NCBI GenBank assembly: GCA_965223415.1
Contig: OZ245002.1
Coordinates: 5,280,001 to 5,344,000, forward strand
Reading direction: 5' to 3'
Length of the DNA stretch: 64,000 bases
From: Myxococcota bacterium
GTDB lineage: Bacteria > Myxococcota_A > UBA9160 > UBA6930
The stretch's first letter is position 1, and every line of letters begins with the position of its first letter. A model generated the notes under the pieces. It ran no database searches and had not been told where the DNA came from. It saw only the letters and a list, made by a program, of their open reading frames with translations. A program made the position numbers and the translations under genes. Shown one piece after another: positions 21,888 through 30,843 of this stretch.

Positions 21888-23585
21888 CTAGCCGAAGATC
21901 TTCGCGAACGCCTGGTGCTGGGGCACGGTCCCGAGCATGACCATCTCCGCCCCTCGCAACAGCTCCGTATCGGCGGGCGGGTTCGTGACCGACCCGCCCC
22001 CCGCACGGAGGGCGATCACGTTGAGGCCCGTCCGGGCGCCGATGCCGCTCTCCGCGAGGGTCTTGCCCTCCAACGCTTCGGGCACGCCCTCGACGAAGAG
22101 ATCCGCACCCTCGCCCAGCACCACGAGCTCGCTCGCCTGGACCACCGAGAGCACGGACTTCGCCGCGAGGGAGCCATGGCTCAGCGCGAAATCCGCGCCG
22201 GCCCGGTGGATCGCCTCCAGGTTCCACTCCTCGCTCACCCGGCACACGATACGGGCGTCCGGGTTCAGCCGCCGGCAGTAGACGGCCAGGAAGACGTTCG
22301 TCGCGTCGTCGTTGGTGGTGAGCACGACCGAGGGCGTCTCGGGAAGCCCGGCCTGGGTCACCACGGCGAGGTCCGCCGCGTCACCGACCACCACCCTGTC
22401 CGCCACCTCCTCGAGGCCGTGGGCCATGGCCGGATCCTTCTCCAGGATCGTGACCTTGACGTCCCGGCGCTGAAGCGCCCGTGCCGCGGCGCCGCCGACG
22501 TTTCCCCCGCCGATCACGAGCACCGGATTCTCGTTGGCCCGGTAGATGACGAAGAGCGCGTCGAGCTCGGTGACCTGCTCCTCGGTTCCCACCACCACCG
22601 GCACGCTGTGGGGTGAGAGCACGGTGTCCGGGCCGGCCGGCACCAGCTCCCCCCGCTCCCAGACGGCGACGATGCTGAGACCGGTCAGCTCCCGAAGCCG
22701 GGTGTCGCGGATCGTTCGGCCGGGGAGCGAGGTGTTCTCGATCGGGAACTCGGCGATCACCAGGTCTTCGAAGCGGCCGATGCGATGGGCATGGGGAGTG
22801 CCGACGGTGACCCGGCTCGCCAGGTGCTCGCCGAGCTCGTGCTTGAGCGGGAGCACCTGGTTGACACCGCTCAGCTCGAGCACGTCGATGGAGTTCTCGT
22901 CCTCGGCGAGCGCGAGGATCGGCACCTCCGGCGCCACCTCCCGAACGGTGAGCGCGATGTTGCTGTTCGCGGCATCGCCCAGGTTGGCGAAGACCAGGCG
23001 GGCCCGCGCTGCCGCCACGGCCTCGTAGGTGGCCCTGGCGGAGTACTCCCCGGTCACCACCGACACGCCGTCGCCGTGAAGGGTGGCAGCGACCGAGGGA
23101 TCGGGCTCCACCACGCAGTAGGGAATCGCGTACTCCTCGAGCCTGGGAAGCAGCCCGGCCGCCAGCTCGTCGTGGCGACAGATGACCACGTGATCGCGCA
23201 TGTCCTCGGGGACCGCACGGGGCGCCTGCAGCCTCACCTGGGCTTCGAGCCAGGGTGCGTAGAAGAAGCGGATGAAGACGAAGGGCAGCACGATCAGCAG
23301 CATGACGATGCCCGAGAGCAGCACCACGATGCTGAAGCCCCGGCCGAGGTCGCTGTGGAAGGTGATGTCGCCGAAGCCCAGGGTGCTCATCACCGTGAGC
23401 GTCCAGTAGAAGCCGGTGAGCCAGGAGTGCTCCTGCCCCTCCGCCAGCATGATCACGTGGAACAGCACCGAGAATGCGGCGACGGTGGTGCCCAGCAAGA
23501 CCAGGTACTTGAGCAGCGCACTCATGTTGCGCCGCATCTCGCGCTCGCCGAGCAGATAGGTCAGCTGCGAAGGGAGGAACTTCAT
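21888..23585 (-). CDS. 2TM potassium channel with tandem RCK (TrkA_N/TrkA_C) domains
   Basis: YWTLTVMSTLGFGDITF filter, two Rossmann-like RCK_N domains (second with IGGGNVG) and two RCK_C segments. Confidence 0.9.
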   Translation of the reverse strand: MKFLPSQLTYLLGEREMRRNMSALLKYLVLLGTTVAAFSVLFHVIMLAEGQEHSWLTGFYWTLTVMSTLGFGDITFHSDLGRGFSIVVLLSGIVMLLIVLPFVFIRFFYAPWLEAQVRLQAPRAVPEDMRDHVVICRHDELAAGLLPRLEEYAIPYCVVEPDPSVAATLHGDGVSVVTGEYSARATYEAVAAARARLVFANLGDAANSNIALTVREVAPEVPILALAEDENSIDVLELSGVNQVLPLKHELGEHLASRVTVGTPHAHRIGRFEDLVIAEFPIENTSLPGRTIRDTRLRELTGLSIVAVWERGELVPAGPDTVLSPHSVPVVVGTEEQVTELDALFVIYRANENPVLVIGGGNVGGAAARALQRRDVKVTILEKDPAMAHGLEEVADRVVVGDAADLAVVTQAGLPETPSVVLTTNDDATNVFLAVYCRRLNPDARIVCRVSEEWNLEAIHRAGADFALSHGSLAAKSVLSVVQASELVVLGEGADLFVEGVPEALEGKTLAESGIGARTGLNVIALRAGGGSVTNPPADTELLRGAEMVMLGTVPQHQAFAKIFG

Positions 23586-23625
23586 GACGGTCCCGCGGGG
23601 AGGCTACCGGTCCGGTGGGCTCCCG

Positions 23626-24249
23626 TCAGAGGCCGGCGCCGCCCTTCTGGCGGAGGATCTCTGCCTCCACCTCCGGGAGCCGATCCTTGCCGAAGTAGAG
23701 CTCCTCGCCTACGAAGAAGCTGGGCGAGCCGAAGACGCCCCGGTCGACCGCCGCCTGCGTGTTGGCCAACAGCTCCGCCTTCACGTCCGGGTCGCGGACG
23801 CCCTGGAGGATCGCCTGCGCGGGCAGTCCGGATTCGGCCAGCGCCGCTGCGATCACTTCCGGATCGTCCATCTTCTTGGGCTCCGCCCACATGTGGCGGT
23901 AGACCTCCTTCACGTAGCGCTCGAAGCAGCCCTCGCGGCCGGCGACGATGGCCCCGCGCATGATCTGGAGGGTGTTCACCGGAAAGAAGGGGTTCGGGCT
24001 GAAGGTGGTGATGCCGTGGGCGGCCAGGAAGCGCTTCGTCTCGAGGGCCTGGTAGGCGGGCTTGTTCTTGATGCCCTGGAGCGAAACCGCGGGCGACACG
24101 TTGTTCGTCGCCTTGAACACGCCCCCGAGCAGGATCGGGACGTAGCGGAAGGTCTCCCCAGTCCGCTTCTCGATCCCGGGGATGACGAGATGGCTCAAGT
24201 AGGCATTGGGGCTACCGAAGTCGAAGTGGAACTCGATCGCGACGCTCAT
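23626..24249 (-). CDS. 2-hydroxychromene-2-carboxylate isomerase / GST-kappa (DsbA-like) family protein
   Basis: FDFGSPNAYL, PILLGGVFK, RGVFGSPSFFV...FGKDRL. Confidence 0.9.
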   Translation of the reverse strand: MSVAIEFHFDFGSPNAYLSHLVIPGIEKRTGETFRYVPILLGGVFKATNNVSPAVSLQGIKNKPAYQALETKRFLAAHGITTFSPNPFFPVNTLQIMRGAIVAGREGCFERYVKEVYRHMWAEPKKMDDPEVIAAALAESGLPAQAILQGVRDPDVKAELLANTQAAVDRGVFGSPSFFVGEELYFGKDRLPEVEAEILRQKGGAGL

Positions 24250-24259
24250 GGGATCCCCG

Positions 24260-25495
24260 CTAGGCCGCGATGCGGTAGCGCACCGGTAGGTGCTTCAAGC
24301 CGACCACGAAGCTGGACTTGATCCACTCGGGCTCCCGGACGAGCTCCCAGCCCTCGACCCGGCGTACCACTTCTCGGAGGATCGCCGACAAGGAGCGCCG
24401 GGCGAAGTGGGAGCCCATGCAGAAGTGCTCGCCGTGACCGAAGGCGACGTGGGGATTGGGTTTGCGCTCGATGTCGAAGCGGAAGGGATCGTCGAAGACG
24501 TCCTCGTCGCGGTTGGCCGAGGCGTAGAGCATCACCACGGCCTCTCCCTTCGGGATGGTCACGCCGTTCACCACCACGTCCTCGGTGGGCGTCCGCTTCA
24601 TGTAGTTCACGGGCGAGGTCCAGCGCAGGATCTCCTCGACCGCGGAGGGCACGAGGGAGGGATCGCGGCGCAGCTTCTCGAACTGCTCCGGGTGCTCCAC
24701 GAGGGCGCGCATGCCGCCGGCGAGCGCGTTCTTGGTCGTGTCGTGGCCGGCGCTGAAGACGATCAGGTAGTAGCCGAGGGTCTCGCTCGGTCCCATCGGC
24801 TGCCCGTCGATCCGGGCGTTGGCGAGGACGCTGGCCAGGTCGTCCCGGGGATGGGCGCGGCGATCCTGGATGATCGGAAGGAACAGCTCGAGGAACTCCT
24901 TGCCGAGCTGGGCGAAGTCCTCGATCTGGTTGCCGCCGCCGAGCTCCTCGTCGTCGGGAGCGAATAGACGATTGGTCAGCTCGAGGATCTTCCCCTCCTG
25001 GTCCTCGGGGACGCCGAGGGCGGTCGCCAGGATGCGCAGCGGATGCTTGACCGCGACCTCGGTCACGAGGTCCGCCTCGCCGTCCGCGTTCTGCGCCAGG
25101 GCATCGACCAGCCGGCGGGCACTGGCGTCCACGGCGGCGTCGATCCGCCTCAGGGCCCGGGGCGTGAACCAGGGGCTCGCCACCTTGCGCACCTTGCGAT
25201 GCTCCGGGGGGTCCATGGTGATCACGACCCGCATGCTGCTGAAGCCAGGGACGTCCTGCCCCACCCTCTCGGCCGGGGCCAGGGTGATCCCGGGCTCGCT
25301 CAGGAAGCGGTCCGGCCGCTTCGAGATGGAGGTGAGGTCCGCGTGCTTGGTGATGGCCCAGAACGGCTCCACCCGATCGATCTCCCAGCGCGACACCGGC
25401 GACCGCCGGCGCAGCTTCGTGAAGAGCTCGTGGGGCGGACCGCCCCGCGCGTAGAGTGCGGGGTCGAGCAGCTGGAGTCCTTCGTTCTCGGCCAT
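24260..25495 (-). CDS. Cytochrome P450
   Basis: MDPPEH, I-helix AGHDTT, EEILR, YASANRD, heme motif FGHGEHFCMG. Confidence 0.97.
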   Translation of the reverse strand: MAENEGLQLLDPALYARGGPPHELFTKLRRRSPVSRWEIDRVEPFWAITKHADLTSISKRPDRFLSEPGITLAPAERVGQDVPGFSSMRVVITMDPPEHRKVRKVASPWFTPRALRRIDAAVDASARRLVDALAQNADGEADLVTEVAVKHPLRILATALGVPEDQEGKILELTNRLFAPDDEELGGGNQIEDFAQLGKEFLELFLPIIQDRRAHPRDDLASVLANARIDGQPMGPSETLGYYLIVFSAGHDTTKNALAGGMRALVEHPEQFEKLRRDPSLVPSAVEEILRWTSPVNYMKRTPTEDVVVNGVTIPKGEAVVMLYASANRDEDVFDDPFRFDIERKPNPHVAFGHGEHFCMGSHFARRSLSAILREVVRRVEGWELVREPEWIKSSFVVGLKHLPVRYRIAA

Positions 25496-25787
25496 GATCC
25501 TTCTTCTCCCTCTCGGCGCGCGCGGTTTGCAGCAGATTCTTCGGCACCGGCTTGCCCCGCCGCGGGACCGGGTGCTGCTCGTACTCGAAGGTCAAGTCGA
25601 GCCACTTCCCCTCCCAGAAGTCGATGCGCTCGCGCATCGGCTTGTAGAGGTACATGCGATGGCCCACGAGGCGGGTCTCCCAGTATTCGAACTCGTCCTG
25701 CTCGCGACGGTCGAAGAGCTGGACATGGAACGGGATGCCCTCGATGGTCACCCTCACCGGGATCCGGCCCCGCTTCTTCTGGCCCAC
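25496..25787 (-). other. Short protein-like reading frame with no stop of its own (possible truncated DUF1905-like remnant), reading through the P450 gene in another frame
   Basis: The first ~95 codons of ORF 24246..25787 are protein-like (RGRIPVRVTIEG...LYKPMRERI...PVPKNL). A TAGCCT -10 element lies 8 nt before the GTG. Confidence 0.4.
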
Positions 25788-25837
25788 GTCGGGGTAGGCT
25801 AGCCTGCTTTCTCCATCGGGTAGAGAGGAGATCGGAC

Positions 25838-26392
25838 ATGAGCGACGAGCTCGGGCCGCTGACCGGCCTGGCCGGCATCTGGGAGGGAGACAAGGGAACC
25901 GACCAGGCCCCGGACGACGACCGCGTCAGCACGGAGACGAACCGCTACCGGGAGCGCATCACCTTCGAGCCGACGGGGCTCGTGGAGAACCACGAACAGA
26001 AGCTCCAGGGCCTCCGCTACACCACCACGGCCTGGCGGATCGGGGAGGAGGAGCCCTTCCACGAGGAGCTCGGCTACTGGCTGTGGGACGCCGAGGCGAA
26101 GCAGGTACTGCGCTGCTTCATGGTGCCCCGGGGCGTCACCGTGATCGCCGGCGGGACGGCCGAAGCCGATGCCCGCAACTTCGACCTGGCCGCGGAGGTG
26201 GGCTCGGAGACCTACGGCATCTGCTCCAACCGCTTCCTCGATCGCGAGTTCAAGACCGTGCGTTACGAGCTGCATCTCGAGAAGCGCGACGCCGACACGA
26301 TCCACTACCGGGAGGACACCGTCCTGCAGATCCGCGGGAAGGACGAGCCGTTCCACCACACCGACGAGAACACGCTCACCCGGGTCGGCTAG
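25838..26392 (+). CDS. Heme-binding beta-barrel (nitrobindin/DUF1794-like) protein
   Basis: LGPL..LAGIWEG.KG.D, YRERITFEP, FHEELGYWLWD, HTDENTL. GAGGAG SD. Confidence 0.85.
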   Translation: MSDELGPLTGLAGIWEGDKGTDQAPDDDRVSTETNRYRERITFEPTGLVENHEQKLQGLRYTTTAWRIGEEEPFHEELGYWLWDAEAKQVLRCFMVPRGVTVIAGGTAEADARNFDLAAEVGSETYGICSNRFLDREFKTVRYELHLEKRDADTIHYREDTVLQIRGKDEPFHHTDENTLTRVG

Positions 26393-26399
26393 GCCCTAG

Positions 26400-27690
26400 C
26401 AGGCTGCGGAAAAACCCCGTGCGACGGGTCGAATCGGTTGGTACAGGCATACCGGGGGGATGGAGATGCGCGGAACCGATCGAACGCAGTCCACGATGTT
26501 CAGCTACGTGTCGCCGGAGGCGCGTGTCCCCGCCGATCATCCACTGCGCGTGACGCGGGAGATGACGAATCGCGCCCTGGTCCGGCTGGACGGGAGGTTG
26601 CGGAAGCTGTACTCGCGGACGGGTCGGCCGTCGATTCCGCCCGAGCACCTGTTGCGGGCCCTGCTGCTGCAGGTGCTCTACTCGGTGCGAAGCGAGCGGA
26701 TGCTGATGGAGCAGCTCGAGTACAACCTGCTGTTCCGCTGGTTCGTGGGGCTCGAGATGGACGACCGGGTCTGGGACGTGACGGTGTTCACGAAGAATCG
26801 GGATCGGTTGCTTCGGGGAGAGATCGCGGAGGGGTTCTTTCAGGCCGTGTTGGCGGAGGCCCGCGAGGAGGGGCTTCTGTCGGACGAGCACTTCACGGTG
26901 GACGGCACGCTGATCGAGGCATGGGCGGGGCAGAAGAGCTTTCGGCCGAAGGACGAGGACCGGGGCGGCCGCGGGGGTGGACGGAAGGCGACGGAGCGGG
27001 ACTTCCACGGTGAGCGTAGGAAGAACGACACGCACGCCTCGACGACGGACCCGGAGTCCCGGCTCTACCGCAAGGGGAAGGGGAAGGAAGCGAAGCTGTG
27101 CTTCATGGGCCACGTGGTGACGGAGAACCGGCATGGCCTGGTGGTGGCGGCCAAGACGACGCTGGCCACGGGCACGGCGGAGCGCGAGGCCTCGGTGGCG
27201 ATGGTGAAGCGGGTGCCACGCGGACGGCGATCGACGTTGGGCGGAGACAAGGGCTACGACACGGTGTCGCATGTCGAAGAGCTTCGAGAGCTGGGCGTGA
27301 CCCCGCACGTTGCGCAGAACGACAAGGGCCGCCGCAGCGCGATCGATGATCGAACGACGACGCACGTGGGCTACGAGATCAGCCAGCGCAAACGCAAGGC
27401 GATCGAGCAGGTCTTCGGCTGGGGGAAGACGGTAGGCCCGATTCGCAAGGTGAAGCATCGCGGCAAGGAGCGGGTGGGCTGGATGTTCACGTTCACCCAG
27501 GCGGCCTACAACCTTGTGAGGATGAGGAACCTGCTATGCCCCACGTAGCTTGTCGGGTCGAGTGGAGGGCCCCGTTGGCAGCGAGCCGGGCGTCAACCGG
27601 CGGCAAGGCCTCGATTCCGCGCTCCTTTCCTAGCCAAAGCGCCTCCAAGGCACCGTTCTCTGCGTACCATCGGCGTTCTTCCGCAGCCTG
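26400..27690 (+). mobile_element. IS5-family insertion sequence, about 1291 bp, intact
   Basis: IRL CAGGCTGCGGAAAAAC (26400-26415) versus reverse-complemented IRR CAGGCTGCGGAAGAAC (27675-27690), 15/16 identical. CTAG flanks both sides (26396-26399, 27691-27694). Exact ends are slightly ambiguous because CTAG is palindromic. Confidence 0.93.
26466..27548 (+). CDS. IS5-family DDE transposase
   Basis: VPADHPLR, GRPSIPPE.LLRALLLQ.LYS.RSER, FRWFVG, FTVDGTLIEAWA, TTDPESRL, GGDKGYD, RKAIEQVFGWGK. Alternative ATG at 26460. Confidence 0.95.
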   Translation: MRGTDRTQSTMFSYVSPEARVPADHPLRVTREMTNRALVRLDGRLRKLYSRTGRPSIPPEHLLRALLLQVLYSVRSERMLMEQLEYNLLFRWFVGLEMDDRVWDVTVFTKNRDRLLRGEIAEGFFQAVLAEAREEGLLSDEHFTVDGTLIEAWAGQKSFRPKDEDRGGRGGGRKATERDFHGERRKNDTHASTTDPESRLYRKGKGKEAKLCFMGHVVTENRHGLVVAAKTTLATGTAEREASVAMVKRVPRGRRSTLGGDKGYDTVSHVEELRELGVTPHVAQNDKGRRSAIDDRTTTHVGYEISQRKRKAIEQVFGWGKTVGPIRKVKHRGKERVGWMFTFTQAAYNLVRMRNLLCPT

Positions 27691-28593
27691 CTAGCGCAGG
27701 GGCGCGGCGACCTCCTCGATGAAGCGGTCGAGGGTGGCGAGCTTGGCGGGCATCGGGCCGAGGGTGAAGTCCGGCACGATCAGCTCGTCGACCCCCGCCT
27801 CCCGGTAGGCGGCGACGATCTCCCGCACCTCGTCCGCGTTGCCGACGATGGTCGGGCGGCCGATGTCACGGCCTCGCATGTTGGCCACGAAATCGGCGTC
27901 GTCCGAGAGGAAGAGCAGCGCCACCGCCGAACGCTGGATCGCGGCGGGGTCGCGGCCTACCTCCTCGCAGTGGCGATCCAGGATCGCCATCTTCTGGCGC
28001 AGCTTCTCCACATCGCCCCAGACGTTCCACTCGTCCGCCCACTTCGCGGTGATGCGCAGGGTCACCTTCTCGCCGCCGCCACCGACGAGGAGCGGAAGCG
28101 GATCCTGGAGCGGCTTCGGCTCCAGGGAGGCGGCCTCCAGCTGGTAGTGCTTGCCGTCGAAGCTCGCACTCGTCTCCGCGTAGAGCCGCTTGATCACCTG
28201 GCAGGCCTCGTCGAGACGGGCGAGCCGCTCCGGCACCGTGTAGAAGGGCACCCCGTACTGCCGGTGCTCGTTCTCCTGCCAGCCGGCGCCCAGACCGAGC
28301 ACCGCGCGGCCGCCGCTGATGTGGTCGACGGTGGCCGCCATCTTGGCGAGCACGGCCGGGTGCCGGTAGGTGTTGCCGCTCACCAGGGTGCCGAGACGGA
28401 CGCGCGGCACCGAGGCCGCGAGCGCAGCCAGCGTGGTCCAGGATTCGGGCCAGGGCGCGCTCGTGTCGTCCCCGTCGGGCATGAAGTGGTCCGCGTACCA
28501 GAGGCCGTCCCAGCCGGTGGCCTCGGCGTGGTGCGCGATCTGCTGCACCTCCGCAAAGCCCTGGGTGGGCGCGGGCCAGACGCTGAATCGCAT
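27691..28593 (-). CDS. Luciferase-like (LLM class, probably F420-dependent) oxidoreductase
   Basis: WYADHF, RLGTLVSGNTYRHPAVLAKMAATVDHISGGR, GLGAGW, GGGGEK.TLR. Confidence 0.9.
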   Translation of the reverse strand: MRFSVWPAPTQGFAEVQQIAHHAEATGWDGLWYADHFMPDGDDTSAPWPESWTTLAALAASVPRVRLGTLVSGNTYRHPAVLAKMAATVDHISGGRAVLGLGAGWQENEHRQYGVPFYTVPERLARLDEACQVIKRLYAETSASFDGKHYQLEAASLEPKPLQDPLPLLVGGGGEKVTLRITAKWADEWNVWGDVEKLRQKMAILDRHCEEVGRDPAAIQRSAVALLFLSDDADFVANMRGRDIGRPTIVGNADEVREIVAAYREAGVDELIVPDFTLGPMPAKLATLDRFIEEVAAPLR

Positions 28594-28614
28594 CGCTCTC
28601 CCCTCTCCCGGTGA

Positions 28615-29388
28615 TCAGCTCTTCTTGCGGAAGCTCTCGATGGTGCGGCGGACGTCGTCGGTGTTGAAGGACTCGGCCTCCGCGGCCAGGGCGAAGGGCG
28701 CCACCGCCTGGATCGCCCGCTGCACGTGGAGGTTGAGGGCCCGCTTCGTCTCCTCCACGGCCTGCTGGGGCTGGGCGGCCAGCCGCTCCGCCAGGGCGAC
28801 GGCGCGATCCAGCAGCTCCGCGTCGGGGACGGCGAAGTTCGCCAGGCCGAGCTCGACGCAATCCGCCGCCGGGATGCGGTCGCCCGTGAGCAGGTAGTAC
28901 TTCGCCTTCAGCAGGCTCGTGAGCAGCGGCCACAGGGCCGCGCCTCCGTCGCCGGCAACCAGGCCGAGGCTCACGTGGGTATCGGCCATGTACGTGCTCT
29001 CGGCGATGAGCACGAGGTCGCAGCTCACGGCGACGCTGCAGCCGAGCCCCACGGCGGGCCCGTTCACCGCGGCGACGACCGGCTTGGGGCAGGCCGCCAT
29101 CGCGTCGAGCAGGCGGCGGGCGCCGCGCATGGTCTCCCGCCGGTGCTGCGGGTCCTCATAGTCCCGGACGAAGCTCGGAATGTTGCCGCCGGCGCTGAAG
29201 GCCCTGCCCGCCCCGGTCAGGACGATCGTCCGCACCGACGGATCCTGGGCGAAGTGCTCCCAGATCTCGCGCAGGCCCTCGTGCATGTCGTCGGAGAACG
29301 CATTGCGCATCTCCGGGTTGTTCAGGGTGAGCACGGCGACGGGCCCGCGGTGCTCGACCTCGAGCTCCGGCACGGGTTGGTAGGGCAT
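28615..29388 (-). CDS. Enoyl-CoA hydratase/isomerase family protein
   Basis: LTGAGRAFSAGG, KPVVAAVNGPAVGLG, H..LGLVAGDGG, LLTGD. Confidence 0.93.
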   Translation of the reverse strand: MPYQPVPELEVEHRGPVAVLTLNNPEMRNAFSDDMHEGLREIWEHFAQDPSVRTIVLTGAGRAFSAGGNIPSFVRDYEDPQHRRETMRGARRLLDAMAACPKPVVAAVNGPAVGLGCSVAVSCDLVLIAESTYMADTHVSLGLVAGDGGAALWPLLTSLLKAKYYLLTGDRIPAADCVELGLANFAVPDAELLDRAVALAERLAAQPQQAVEETKRALNLHVQRAIQAVAPFALAAEAESFNTDDVRRTIESFRKKS

Positions 29389-29434
29389 GGCCTCTCCTGG
29401 ATGACCGGAGCGAGGTTAGCTCGGGCGCCCCATC

Positions 29435-30829
29435 TCAGACGTGGAGCACCCGATCGAAGGCCGCCAGCACGGACTCGTGCATCGCCTCCGACACGGTCGG
29501 GTGGGGGAAGATCGTCTCCATGAGCTCGGCTTCGGTCGCTTCGAGGCCCATTGCGATCGCGAAGCCCTGGATCATCTCGGTCACGTCCGGGCCGACCATG
29601 TGGGCGCCCAGGAGCTCGCCGCTTCCCGCGTCGAAGACGGTCTTCACCAGGCCCTCGGCGTGGCCCGTGGCGATGGCCTTGCCGTTGCCGAGCAGGGGGA
29701 AGCGGCCCACCCGGAGCGCGCGATCGCCTTCCCCGGCCTCCGCCTCCGTGAGACCGATGCTCGCAACCTGGGGAGAGGCGTAGGTGCAGCTCGGGATCCG
29801 CTCGGTGCGGATGGGGTGCACGGACTCGCCGGCGATGTGCTCGACCACCAAGGTGCCCTCGTGGCTCGCCTTGTGGGCGAGGCAGGGCGGGCCCGCGACA
29901 TCCCCGATGGCGTAGACTCCGGGCTCCGGGGTCTCGCCGAAGCGGTCGGTGCGGAGGAAGCCCCCCTCCACCTCCACCCGCGTTCCCTCGAGGCCCAGGC
30001 CTTCGGCGTTCCCGGTGACGCCCACTGAGAGGATGGCGCGCTCGAAGACGCCCTCGACACCGCCGTCCGGCGTCTCGATCGTCGCGGCGAGGCCGCCGTC
30101 GCGGGGCTCGAGGGAGGCGAGCCGGGCCCCGGTGTGGATCACCATGCCCTCCCGCTCGAAGGCCTTGCGGGCCAGGGCCGAGATCTCCGCATCCTCTCGC
30201 GGCAGGACCTGGGGCAGCATCTCGACCACGCTGACGTCGCTGCCCAGCGCCGAGTAGAAGCTGGCGAACTCGATGCCGATCGCGCCGGAGCCGATCACCA
30301 GAAGGGACGCGGGAACCTCGGGCGGGACCATCGCCTCCCGGTAGGTCCAGATGCGCTCGCCGTCGGCCTCGATGCCCGGCAAGCCGCGCGGCCTTGCGCC
30401 CGTCGCCAGCACCACGGCGTCGCTGCGCAGCTCGCGCACGCGGCCGTCGGCGGACTCCACCGCTACGACGCCCGGAGACACGAGCCGCCCGCGACCCTCG
30501 AAGACCCGCACGCCGTTCTTCTTCATCAGGTGCGCCACGCCCCGGGAGAGCTGACTCGCCACCGAGCGCGAGCGCTTCACGAGGGCGGCCGCGTCGTAGC
30601 GCACGCCCTCGACCGCGAGACCGTACTCGGACGCCCGGCGCATCTCCCTCAGCAGGTCCGCCGTGTGCAGCAGGGACTTGGTCGGGATGCATCCCCAGTT
30701 GAGGCAGGTGCCGCCCAGGTGCTCCGCCTCGACCAGGGCGGTGGACAGGCCGAGCTGGGTGGCGCGAATCGCGGCGACGTAGCCGCCGGGCCCGCCCCCC
30801 ACGAGGACGACGTCGAAGCTCTCGGACAT
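29435..30829 (-). CDS. lpdA: Dihydrolipoyl dehydrogenase (E3, AcoL-like)
   Basis: GGGPGGYVAAIRA, GGTCLNWGCIPTK, GSGAIG.E, LAHKA, HPTVSE. Start at ATG 30829. Confidence 0.96.
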   Translation of the reverse strand: MSESFDVVLVGGGPGGYVAAIRATQLGLSTALVEAEHLGGTCLNWGCIPTKSLLHTADLLREMRRASEYGLAVEGVRYDAAALVKRSRSVASQLSRGVAHLMKKNGVRVFEGRGRLVSPGVVAVESADGRVRELRSDAVVLATGARPRGLPGIEADGERIWTYREAMVPPEVPASLLVIGSGAIGIEFASFYSALGSDVSVVEMLPQVLPREDAEISALARKAFEREGMVIHTGARLASLEPRDGGLAATIETPDGGVEGVFERAILSVGVTGNAEGLGLEGTRVEVEGGFLRTDRFGETPEPGVYAIGDVAGPPCLAHKASHEGTLVVEHIAGESVHPIRTERIPSCTYASPQVASIGLTEAEAGEGDRALRVGRFPLLGNGKAIATGHAEGLVKTVFDAGSGELLGAHMVGPDVTEMIQGFAIAMGLEATEAELMETIFPHPTVSEAMHESVLAAFDRVLHV

Positions 30830-30843
30830 GGGCCTACGCCTCT

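Noticed and set aside
27640..27672. Possible outward-facing promoter (TACCAT) inside the IS right end
   Set aside because: No convincing -35 element, and it would only fire antisense to the LLM gene. It cannot be supported from sequence alone.
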